Shown here piece by piece: positions 9,517 through 17,963 of a DNA stretch of 32,000 nt. Numbering within the stretch: the stretch's first letter is position 1; the number at the start of each line of letters is the position of its first letter. Where the stretch lies: positions 180,001 through 212,000 of the forward strand of contig NC_006576.1 of NCBI RefSeq assembly GCF_000010065.1. The letters are read 5' to 3'. Made by a program: the position numbers and the translations under genes. The notes beneath the pieces were generated by a model that ran no database searches, was not told the DNA's origin, and saw only the letters and a program-made list of their open reading frames with translations. Origin of the DNA: Synechococcus elongatus PCC 6301 (GTDB taxonomy: Bacteria; Cyanobacteriota; Cyanobacteriia; Synechococcales; Synechococcaceae).

Positions 9517-10353
9517 TCAGGAACCGGCCTTTGCGCCGAAGACCGCCAGTAACTGTTGTTGGGCGTCGTATAACTCCAGGCGATCGCCCTCCAATTGGTA
9601 AGAATGCGAAGCAGCCAGCAACTGCAGGAAGGCTTGCTCTTGGGTAGCCTGATCTCTGCCACAGGCCATGCGGGTACTGCCAATCGCCCCGACTGTGAGC
9701 TGTTGCTGCTGGACTTTGTAAGTGGCGAAATAGCGATTACAGCCGGTGAATCCTGAAAGCCGTTGACTGTCTGCTGCAAATTGAGTCGTCACGTCAGTGT
9801 CGGCAATCGGCGGTATCAAAGCCCCTTCGCCATTGTTGTAGCGCTGCAACTGCCACTGGGTTTGGGTCAAAGCAATCATCGGCTGGGGACGCAAGGTGAA
9901 GAGAACTTGCTGGGCTGAATTCTGGAGTTGCAGGCGCTCGCCCTCTAAGCGATAGGTCGTGACTTGGGCAAGTCCCGTAAGTAAGGCTTGTTCTTGCTGA
10001 CTGAGCGCTGTCGAAAGACAGGCCCGTAGGGTTGAGCCTACGGGTTTAATCTGCAACTGATTGGTGTTGGACTCGAGACGATAGCTACCAAAGAAGGAAT
10101 TACAGCCAGTGTTGCCCTGGAGTTGTGGAGTCGTTTGGCCTGATTGCAAGCGGAGGCTTGCTTTCTGCTCAGGAGCGACCGCCGCCAGCTGCTCACCATT
10201 CACTTGACGGAAACTGATGAGTTCCCAGGTGATGTCTTCTAGCTTAGATGGCTCAGGGGCGGCACTGAGCCGTAGCGGCTGAGCGATCGCAGTTGCTCCG
10301 AATACCAGCGCACTAAGCTCAATCCCAAAGTACTGCTGAGAGAACTGCTCCAC
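9517..10353 (-). CDS. Tandem META-domain (HslJ-like) protein, probably exported
   Basis: Two META signatures (TGCNSFFGSY and TGCNRYFATY), each followed by a conserved MAC/RAC element. The N-terminus is hydrophobic. GTG start, exact start uncertain. Confidence 0.75.
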   Translation of the reverse strand: MEQFSQQYFGIELSALVFGATAIAQPLRLSAAPEPSKLEDITWELISFRQVNGEQLAAVAPEQKASLRLQSGQTTPQLQGNTGCNSFFGSYRLESNTNQLQIKPVGSTLRACLSTALSQQEQALLTGLAQVTTYRLEGERLQLQNSAQQVLFTLRPQPMIALTQTQWQLQRYNNGEGALIPPIADTDVTTQFAADSQRLSGFTGCNRYFATYKVQQQQLTVGAIGSTRMACGRDQATQEQAFLQLLAASHSYQLEGDRLELYDAQQQLLAVFGAKAGS

Positions 10354-10488
10354 CCTGACATCGCGCGACTCCCGTCAACTCAATTCCAACCAGCGATCGC
10401 CATGCTCCATCGAGGGGGCGACTAGGGAATGAGACAATCAAAACGGCAGGTCTGTTCCTGCCCCTAGAGACGATTCTGGAGAACGCCA

Positions 10489-11001
10489 GTGGACCTTTCC
10501 CGCATTCCCGCCCAACCGAAGCCGGGCTTAGTGAATGTCCTCATTGAAATCCCCGGGGGAAGCAAGAACAAATACGAGTTCGATAAAGACCTCAACGCCT
10601 TTGCGCTCGATCGCGTCCTCTATTCCTCGGTGCAATATCCCTACGATTACGGCTTCATTCCTAACACGCTGGCGGATGATGGCGATCCCCTTGATGGCAT
10701 GGTCATTCTTGATCAACCTACCTTTCCAGGCTGTGTGATTGCGGCGCGCCCAATCGGGATGCTGGAGATGATCGATGGTGGCGATCGCGATGAGAAATTG
10801 CTCTGCGTTCCTGCGAAAGATCCACGCTATGCAGAGGTCAAAACCCTCAGCGATTTAGCCCCGCATCGTCTTGAGGAAATTGCTGAATTCTTCCGCTCCT
10901 ACAAAAACCTCGAGAAGAAAGTTACTGAAATTCTCGGTTGGAAAGGCCCTGAAACAGTTCAAGCTTTGGTTGATGAGTGCATCAAAGCCTACAACGCTTA
11001 G
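10489..11001 (+). CDS. ppa: Inorganic pyrophosphatase (family I)
   Basis: 170 aa with the family-I motifs [23 protein letters not shown] and DGDPLD. GTG start at 10489. Confidence 0.95.
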   Translation: MDLSRIPAQPKPGLVNVLIEIPGGSKNKYEFDKDLNAFALDRVLYSSVQYPYDYGFIPNTLADDGDPLDGMVILDQPTFPGCVIAARPIGMLEMIDGGDRDEKLLCVPAKDPRYAEVKTLSDLAPHRLEEIAEFFRSYKNLEKKVTEILGWKGPETVQALVDECIKAYNA

Positions 11002-11037
11002 AGACATAGCCTTAGTAACAACCTAAGTACTAGCCAG

Positions 11038-11087
11038 CCTCTTGAGGGATCTACAGACAAAAATGTCTCAAGGGGCTTTCTCTTTCC
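11038..11087 (+). terminator. Probable intrinsic terminator of ppa
   Basis: CCTCTTGAG (11038-11046) pairs with CTCAAGGGG (11067-11075) in a 9-bp stem with one G-U pair, followed by the T-rich CTTTCTCTTTCC. The 20-nt loop is large. Confidence 0.45.
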
Positions 11088-13385
11088 CTATTGCTGCTCC
11101 CGCAAAATTGCTGGAATGTCCTCAGCTGGCAGCGGCAAGTAGACCAGATACCCCTGAATTTCGTGACACTGATGCTCTTGCAGCCACTGTCTTTGGAATT
11201 CAGTTTCGACACCTTCAGCCAATACTCGAAGTTCTAACTTATGGCCTAAGTCAATAATTGCGGACACAATCGTCTGAATTGCTTGGTCCACCTCTAAAGC
11301 TTGAATTAAAGAAGCATCAATTTTCAAACGATTCAGACCTTTATTCTGAAGAGAGGCAAGGGTTGAATCAGAGCAGCCAAAGTCATCAACTGTCATCTTC
11401 AGGCCAAGATTCTTGAGCTGAATTAGACCTTGTTTGAGCCCAGAATCCGGATCCGCAAGAATCGCTTCATTCAACTCTAGTTCAAGATATTGAGGACGTA
11501 GGGTAGTTTCATTCAGAATCTCAAAAATTTGAGGACAGAATTCTTGTATCTGAAAGCCGGAGAAATTAATCCCAATAGGCACTGATTTTAAGCCTTGGGC
11601 TTGCCAGACTGCATTTTGTGTACAAGCTGTTTTGAGAACCCACTGCTGAATTTCTTCCATTAGACCGATTTCAATCGCAATCGGCAGAAAACTTTTGGGG
11701 GTCAGTAGGCCTAGGTGGGGGTGATGCCAACGCAGCAAAGCCTCGAGCCCAATGATGCTGTCGTCTTGGAGGCTAATTTGGGGTTGATAGAAAAGTTCGA
11801 ACTGCTGATTAGCGATCGCCGATCGAAGGCCTGATTCAATCTCCAAGCGTTCTTGTAAGCGCTGGCCAATAGTGGCGGTAAAGAAGCTAAAGGCATCTCG
11901 CCCACCTTCTTTGATGCTGTACATTGCTGTGTCAGCTTTCTTGATCAAGATTTCCAGATCATCGCCATCGACAGGGAAGAGACTAATACCAAGACTGGTT
12001 GTGAGTTGAATTGAGCGATCGCCGATCGCGATCGGTGGCGTAATTTGTTGCTGCAGCTTTTGGGCCAGTGTGGCGGCCCCCTGTGCATCAGTGTTGGGGA
12101 GAATGACGACAAACTCATCGCCGCTCAAGCGAGCGATGAGATCACTCTGTCGTACTGATTGTCTGATTCGTTGAGCAACCTCTACTAAAACGCGATCGCC
12201 TACTTCGTGGCCGAAATTATCATTAATATCCTTGAAGCGATCGAGGTCAATAAAAATAACTGCCAGCATCTCTTGACTTCTTTTTGCCAGCAACAGCAAC
12301 TCTTGTCCTTGTTCTTGTAACAAGAAACGGTTTGCCAGACCAGTCAAGAAGTCGTAGCAAGCCTGGCGCTCTAGCGCCTTTTCGTTATCTCGGCGATCAG
12401 TAATATCAATCCCAAAGGAGATGAAGCCAACACATTCATTGTTTTTGAAAATTTTGCTGTTGCGCCAGACAATATAGCGTTCCTTGCCAGACTTAGTAAT
12501 AATTGGATTTTCAAAATTGTGAGGGATTTCTTCAGAGCTACAGTTCTTAAACTGCTCCCAGACATGCGGATAGCGATCGCGGGGGACAATAGATTCAAAC
12601 CAGTCTTTTCCGAGGATTTCTGACCTTTGGTAGCCAGTGACTTCCTCAGCGGTTGGGTTCAACTCAAGAATGCACCCATTTAAATCGAGGAGAAGGACAA
12701 TGGCATTCGCTGTTTGAATAAGATTTTCTGCAAAATCCCTAGCGTCTTCTAGCTCTTTTTGGGTTTTATCAAGGGCTTCGATTTCATCAATTAAATAATT
12801 TGTTTGCTCATTGATAGTGGCTTGTAAGTGATCACGCTGACGCCTTAGCTCAGCATATTGCAGCGCAACGATATGAACCGCCAAGCTGATACTAAACATC
12901 AGCAAGATGACTGCTAGATAGGGATTATCTGGTGCTAAACGAATGAAAGGCCCTAGCCCCCGGCGAGTAGCAAGGAGTGAAATAACTGAGAGTAATGTGG
13001 CGCCAATGGCACTCCCGAGCAAACCGACTCGTAAGGCCAAACCTAGTAGAGCAAGCAGTGAGATGCCTAGCAGAACGGGATAGAGAACAAAAGTTAAGGT
13101 CAGCACTATCACTAGGGAGAGAACACCCAGCCCCAGCCACAGAAACTTGCTTTGGTTTATCGTTTTACTTTGCCGCCAAGCATCATACAGAGGCAAAACC
13201 AAGAAAATTCCTAGAGAGTCTCCCATCCAAATGGTGATCAAACTCTCAGGAACTTCCTGCCAAGGTAAGAAGCCACCAAAAGCTTGATTGGCAACAAGTA
13301 ACGGTAGAGTCAATGCAGTTGGCAAAAGACAGACCCAAGCTACCAATTGCCCAAGCTGATGAATTTTTTGAATCGGCTCTCCCAA
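11088..13385 (-). CDS. c-di-GMP signalling protein: MASE1 (C-terminal part), coiled coil, PAS, GGDEF (SGDEF variant) and EAL domains. This is the downstream 765 codons of an interrupted reading frame.
   Basis: Membrane segments carry the MASE1-like WMGDSLGIFLVLPL. A PAS region follows, then RLSGDEFVVIL (GGDEF-type), then the EAL elements (GLEALLRW, DDFG, KID, EGVE..QGY). The track start at 13385 is a TTG, and the frame stays open upstream to a TGA at 13470-13472. Confidence 0.85.
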   Translation of the reverse strand: MGEPIQKIHQLGQLVAWVCLLPTALTLPLLVANQAFGGFLPWQEVPESLITIWMGDSLGIFLVLPLYDAWRQSKTINQSKFLWLGLGVLSLVIVLTLTFVLYPVLLGISLLALLGLALRVGLLGSAIGATLLSVISLLATRRGLGPFIRLAPDNPYLAVILLMFSISLAVHIVALQYAELRRQRDHLQATINEQTNYLIDEIEALDKTQKELEDARDFAENLIQTANAIVLLLDLNGCILELNPTAEEVTGYQRSEILGKDWFESIVPRDRYPHVWEQFKNCSSEEIPHNFENPIITKSGKERYIVWRNSKIFKNNECVGFISFGIDITDRRDNEKALERQACYDFLTGLANRFLLQEQGQELLLLAKRSQEMLAVIFIDLDRFKDINDNFGHEVGDRVLVEVAQRIRQSVRQSDLIARLSGDEFVVILPNTDAQGAATLAQKLQQQITPPIAIGDRSIQLTTSLGISLFPVDGDDLEILIKKADTAMYSIKEGGRDAFSFFTATIGQRLQERLEIESGLRSAIANQQFELFYQPQISLQDDSIIGLEALLRWHHPHLGLLTPKSFLPIAIEIGLMEEIQQWVLKTACTQNAVWQAQGLKSVPIGINFSGFQIQEFCPQIFEILNETTLRPQYLELELNEAILADPDSGLKQGLIQLKNLGLKMTVDDFGCSDSTLASLQNKGLNRLKIDASLIQALEVDQAIQTIVSAIIDLGHKLELRVLAEGVETEFQRQWLQEHQCHEIQGYLVYLPLPAEDIPAILREQQ

Positions 13386-13469
13386 AAATCGCCGCCATAG
13401 GGTGTAGGCAATCGCCGCCTGACTGGCATTAATTGGTGCAGCCAGAAAGCTATGAAGTAGCTCGGTTCC

Positions 13470-13757
13470 TCAGTCCAAGCGCCCCAACTGTGTAAAGTCT
13501 TGTAAATTAATCAGCAAAGCAGCGAGCCAAATTGCCGGGATGGCTCGATAGCCCATGGTGATGCAGGCTGCTAAACCAATACCTGCTGGCAGCCAAACGA
13601 CCGTGAGGTTACTGGGGGGCAGAGAACCATAGGCAATTCCCAAGCGGGCAAAGCCCCAAAACAAGAGGAAAGTGACAAGACTACCTAGCCTGAAGCGCCG
13701 AGAATGCAAGCGCAGGCTCGTGGGAGCGGTCAATCCCATAAAGGAGGCCAGGGACAT
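13470..13757 (-). pseudogene. N-terminal MASE1 fragment (95 codons) separated from the downstream c-di-GMP gene by one in-frame TGA
   Basis: VVWLPAGIGLAACITMGYRAIPAIWLAALLINL is a typical MASE1 N-terminus. Its TGA (13470-13472) is in the same frame as 11088..13385, offset by 87 nt, with 28 sense codons in between. Confidence 0.6.
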
Positions 13758-14188
13758 TGGGTTTCTTGATTAACTCTTGAGCAATGAACAGCAAACGACC
13801 AATTTTTCCCATGGGGCTCATTGGAATTTTATGATTTTGTCCTTAGCCTGCAGACAACGCAAGATTCTAGTGAAAATTATCAATAAATTGTGTACCCAGC
13901 GCTGAGGATTAAACTCGCGCCCCTAGTATGCATATCTCTAGAGTAAAGCTTATGCCTGTAATGAATCCTTTTCGGGTGACAGATACCTCAATTAGCAACC
14001 TCAACTAAGGGCTCACTATACAGGAATATTTAATTAAGTCTTTAGGATGTCGTAGTAAGGTGGATGCTTATGCTCTTGCGTTAGTGATCGGATAGGCTTA
14101 CACAGCACTCAATGATTCCCTACTTTCAGAAATAGGAGACTCAAATATTGAGTTTAATGGGGTCAACAAATTTCCAACTCCGATGAGC

Positions 14189-14650
14189 TTAAGCAGAACT
14201 GGCAACCTCGGAAAGTTCTAGCCAGCGTTCGGTACCCACTTCAATCCGTGTCTCTAGCTCAGCAAGTTGCTCCGAAAGTGTCTGAAGTTGGCTAAAACTC
14301 CCTGAGTTGTCTTGGTAGAGCTTGGCTTCTATTTCTGCTTTTTCTGCTTCCCAAACAGGAATTTGCAGTTCTAGTTGCTCTAGTTCTCTTTTCTCTTTGA
14401 AGGAAAGTCGGCGCTGCTGCGATCGCGACGTTTGACTCGCCGATCGCTCACCATTCGATTTAGGAGCCTTTGTCGGCTCAGCTTCTATCACTGCCGCCTG
14501 TTTCTGTTGATACTCAAGATAGACCGCATAATTGCCAGGGTAGTGGCGTAGTTCACCTGTTGGTTCAAAAGCCAAGATTGAATCAACTGTGCGATCGAGG
14601 AAGTAGCGATCGTGGGAAATAATAATGACTGTCCCCCGGAAAATCCTCAA
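14189..14650 (-). pseudogene. C-terminal fragment of the same ABC-F ATPase (H-loop onward plus the coiled-coil C-terminal domain), displaced by one base
   Basis: TVIIISHDRYFLDRTV is the expected continuation of the second cassette after LEDFPG. The KEKRELEQLE...AELE segment resembles a Uup-type C-terminal coiled coil. Confidence 0.7.
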
Positions 14651-16115
14651 GATAATCTTCTAAGACAGCTAGAGTTTGGATATCGAGATCATTCGTGGGT
14701 TCATCCAAAATCAGCACATTTGGCGCTGTCATTAGGATCCGTAACAAATAGAGCCGCCGCCGCTCTCCTCCTGATAGGGAAGCGATCGGAGCGTATTGTT
14801 GTGCTGGTGGAAATAGAAAACGTTCTAAAAGCTGACTGGCACTGAGCTTTTCACCATTCCCAAGTGGGAGATACTCTCCTTCTTCCCGCAGATAGTCAAT
14901 GGGGCGCTGTTGTTTTTGGGCAGCTAACTCTAGTCCCTCTGCTTGCTGATCAACATAGCCAAAACAGACAGTACTCCCCTGAACAACCTTACCTTGATCA
15001 GGAGAGAGTTGCCCAGTCATTAAGTTGAGTAAGGTCGACTTACCCACCCCATTTGGGCCAATAATTCCTAATCGCTCTTCAGGGCTAACTTCGTAGGAAA
15101 AGTCCTGAATCAGTTGGCGATCGCCAAAGCTTTTACTGACATTTTCCAATCTCACAACCGTCTTGCCAAGCCGTTGGCTTGCAGCTGCAATTTCAACTCG
15201 ACCCGCAGCCCCACGAACCTCCTGCGATCGCATTTCTTCAATGCGTTGAATCCGAGCCTTTTGCTTCGTACTCCGTGCCTTGGGTCCGCGCTGCAACCAA
15301 GCTAACTCTCGTCGTAAAACCCCTTGGAACTTGTGGGCACTACTCGCTGCAGAGGCTTCTTGCTCAGCTTTCTTCTGCAAGTAGTATGCGTAATTTCCGT
15401 CATAGGCCGACAGCTCGCCCCGATCGAGATCCAAGATGCGATTGGTGACGCGATCGAGGAAGTAGCGATCGTGGGTAATCAGAACAAGGGCACCCCGAAA
15501 CTTGCTCAGAAAAGACTGCAGCCACTCCACCGAATCTGCATCGAGGTGGTTAGTCGGTTCATCCAGCAACAGCAACTCTGGATCCGCAAGCAGAGCGGAA
15601 GCAAGTCCCAAACGCTTACGATAGCCCCCCGAGAGATCGCCAACTCGTTGCTGAAAGTTGTGAATGCCGAGGCGACTGAGGACAATTTTGGCTTGAGTTT
15701 CCAGTCCCCAAGCATCCTGAGCATCCAATTGCTGACTGAGGCTGGTCAGCCGCGCCATCAAAGCTTCTGCTGCTTCCCCCTCAGCCGTCGCTAACTGCTC
15801 AGAAATGGCTTCGTAGTCACGCACAAGCTGCAGTTGCTCACCCGCATCAGCAAAGACTTGTTCCAGCACAGTGCGCTCAGGGTCGAGTTGAGGATCTTGA
15901 GGCACGTAAACGGAGCGAAGGCCTGACTGCCGCTGAATATCGCCGCTATCAGCTGTTTCTAAACCTGCCAAAATGCGCAAGAGCGTCGATTTGCCAGAAC
16001 CATTCCGGCCAATCAAGCCGATCCGATCGCGATCGCCCACACTGAAGCTCGCTGACTGTAGCAAGACTTTGAGACCGTAGTCTTTGCTGACGTTGCGCAG
16101 CGTCATCAGCGCCAT
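14583..16115 (-). CDS. ABC-F family ATPase (Uup-like), N-terminal 494 residues followed by an out-of-frame tail
   Basis: Two ABC cassettes: Walker A GRNGSGKST and GPNGVGKST, signatures LSGGYRKRL and LSGGERRRL, Walker B LLLLDEPTNHLD and VLILDEPTNDLD. There is no membrane domain. The frame breaks just after LEDFPG. Confidence 0.85.
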   Translation of the reverse strand: MALMTLRNVSKDYGLKVLLQSASFSVGDRDRIGLIGRNGSGKSTLLRILAGLETADSGDIQRQSGLRSVYVPQDPQLDPERTVLEQVFADAGEQLQLVRDYEAISEQLATAEGEAAEALMARLTSLSQQLDAQDAWGLETQAKIVLSRLGIHNFQQRVGDLSGGYRKRLGLASALLADPELLLLDEPTNHLDADSVEWLQSFLSKFRGALVLITHDRYFLDRVTNRILDLDRGELSAYDGNYAYYLQKKAEQEASAASSAHKFQGVLRRELAWLQRGPKARSTKQKARIQRIEEMRSQEVRGAAGRVEIAAASQRLGKTVVRLENVSKSFGDRQLIQDFSYEVSPEERLGIIGPNGVGKSTLLNLMTGQLSPDQGKVVQGSTVCFGYVDQQAEGLELAAQKQQRPIDYLREEGEYLPLGNGEKLSASQLLERFLFPPAQQYAPIASLSGGERRRLYLLRILMTAPNVLILDEPTNDLDIQTLAVLEDYLEDFPGDSHYYFPRSLLPRSHS

Positions 16116-16196
16116 AGGAACTCCCGGACCGGATTGCTCTTTTCAGTCTCGCAGCTCGAGGCTGTCTACGTCGCAGTTCGGCTCTGGAAGACCGTC

Positions 16197-17921
16197 TTAG
16201 CTGGCGGTTAGAGGCGGCTCATCCGCGATCTGGCTTTGGCGAAACTGTTGGAAAGCCGCGATCGCAGTCGGCAACGTCGGATAAAAGTGCTCGCCCCCAA
16301 TCTGCTCGACTAACCCCACGCGATCGAGTTCAGCAATTAGTTCCTGCTTGGCACGAGCGATCGTCAGGGTGACACCGCGTTGCTGGAGTTCCCGCAACAG
16401 CTCTAGCAGTTTTTCCGCTGCCGTAACATCCAAATTAATAATTGCCTCTGCATTCAGCAGCAGCCATTGGACAGGTTGTGGTGCCGTTGCGATTGCCAGC
16501 AGCACCCGCCGCTTAAAGTCCTCTGCATTGGCAAAGCAAAGCTGAGCGTCATAACGAAAAATCACCAAACCCGGAAAGGTTTGCGCTTGGGGCCAATCTT
16601 CAATGTCATGCAAACCAGCCATGCCTGGAATTTCACCCAAAATCGCAGCATGGGGACGCGCAACTCGGGCAAACAAATCAATTACCGAGAGACTAACAGC
16701 CACACCAACACCAATCAGCATATTAGTGCCCAGCACACCCGCAGCAGTAATCAGTGCTAGCCAAAACTCGCTAGGACGATAGCGGCGCAGACGATAGAAC
16801 TCGCGCAGGTCAATCAGTTTGGTGGCGGCATAGATCACGATCGCTCCCAGAGCTGCTTGGGGAAACATCGCCAGTACTGGTCGAAAGAACCAGAGCACTA
16901 GCAAGACCGTGCCCAAGCTGACCAGAGAGAACAGTTGGGTACGACTGCCGAGCGCATCGCCAATCACTGTGCGGCTCGTGCTGCCACTAATTGGGAAACA
17001 CTGAAAAAAACTGTTGCCGACGTTGGCGATACCCAGCGCTAATAATTCTTGATTGGCATCGATCTCGTAGCGATGACGGACTGCAAAAGCTCGCGCCGTC
17101 AGAATATTGTCCGAGTAGCCCACTAGCGCTACTCCGATCGCAGATGCTGTCAAGGTGGGCCATTGTTGCCAAGGCAGCGTTGGCCATTGCCACCGGGGCA
17201 GGCCGGCTGGAATTGTTCCGATGACTTGCACCCCCTGTTGATCGAGCTGAAAGAGGGCGACAAACAACGTCGCGAGCAACACAGCTAAAAGTGGACCTGG
17301 AGCTGTCCGAAACTTTTTCTGAACTCCAAACAGAAACAACAGGACAAGAATGGAGACCCCAACTGTGGGCCAATGGCATTGTCCGAGCCCAGCAAAAAAC
17401 TGTTGAAACTCCTCAAGTGGCTTTGTCGCCGTAATTGGAATGCCACTGGTTTTTCCCAGCTGCCCTGAAATCATGACCAGACCAATCCCTGCCATGTAGC
17501 CAATCAGAATTGGTTTGGAGAGTAAGTCGGCCAGAAACCCCAATCGGAGGCTGTAGGCAACCAGAAAGACAATGCCAACTAGCAACGCCATCACTGCGGC
17601 CAACAGAGAATAGCTGAGATCAGTTTGCGCAGCGACCGGTGCGATCGCCACCGCCGTCATGATCGCTGTGGAGGATTCGGGGCCGACCGACAGCTGTGGT
17701 GAGGAGCCGAAAAAGGTGTAAAGAAACAACGGGATCAAAATCGCCCACAATCCAACGATCGCCGGTAATCCTGCTAGCTGACCGTAGGCCATGCACTGGG
17801 GAATGAGATAAGCGGCAACCGTAACTCCAGCCAGCACATCTCCCCGTAACCAAGCCCGACGGTAGTGCAGTAGCGATCGCAGCCCCGGCAGCCAGCGCAG
17901 TTGAGATTGTCCCAACAGCAT
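16197..17921 (-). CDS. SulP-family anion transporter with a C-terminal STAS domain
   Basis: 574 aa and polytopic. SulP N-terminal signature AGVTVAAYLIPQCMAYGQLAGLPAIVGLWA. The C-terminus is STAS-like (LLLNAEAIINLDVTAAEKLLEL). Substrate cannot be assigned from the sequence. Confidence 0.85.
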   Translation of the reverse strand: MLLGQSQLRWLPGLRSLLHYRRAWLRGDVLAGVTVAAYLIPQCMAYGQLAGLPAIVGLWAILIPLFLYTFFGSSPQLSVGPESSTAIMTAVAIAPVAAQTDLSYSLLAAVMALLVGIVFLVAYSLRLGFLADLLSKPILIGYMAGIGLVMISGQLGKTSGIPITATKPLEEFQQFFAGLGQCHWPTVGVSILVLLFLFGVQKKFRTAPGPLLAVLLATLFVALFQLDQQGVQVIGTIPAGLPRWQWPTLPWQQWPTLTASAIGVALVGYSDNILTARAFAVRHRYEIDANQELLALGIANVGNSFFQCFPISGSTSRTVIGDALGSRTQLFSLVSLGTVLLVLWFFRPVLAMFPQAALGAIVIYAATKLIDLREFYRLRRYRPSEFWLALITAAGVLGTNMLIGVGVAVSLSVIDLFARVARPHAAILGEIPGMAGLHDIEDWPQAQTFPGLVIFRYDAQLCFANAEDFKRRVLLAIATAPQPVQWLLLNAEAIINLDVTAAEKLLELLRELQQRGVTLTIARAKQELIAELDRVGLVEQIGGEHFYPTLPTAIAAFQQFRQSQIADEPPLTAS

Positions 17922-17963
17922 CCCCTCTTCTTAGGTTTCAGTGAGCAGTGGGCGATCGCAGCA

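Noticed and set aside
16197-17921. Calling the SulP transporter a BicA bicarbonate transporter
   Set aside because: Only family membership is visible. The N-terminal signature resembles generic sulfate-permease-type SulP proteins, so the substrate cannot be assigned from sequence.
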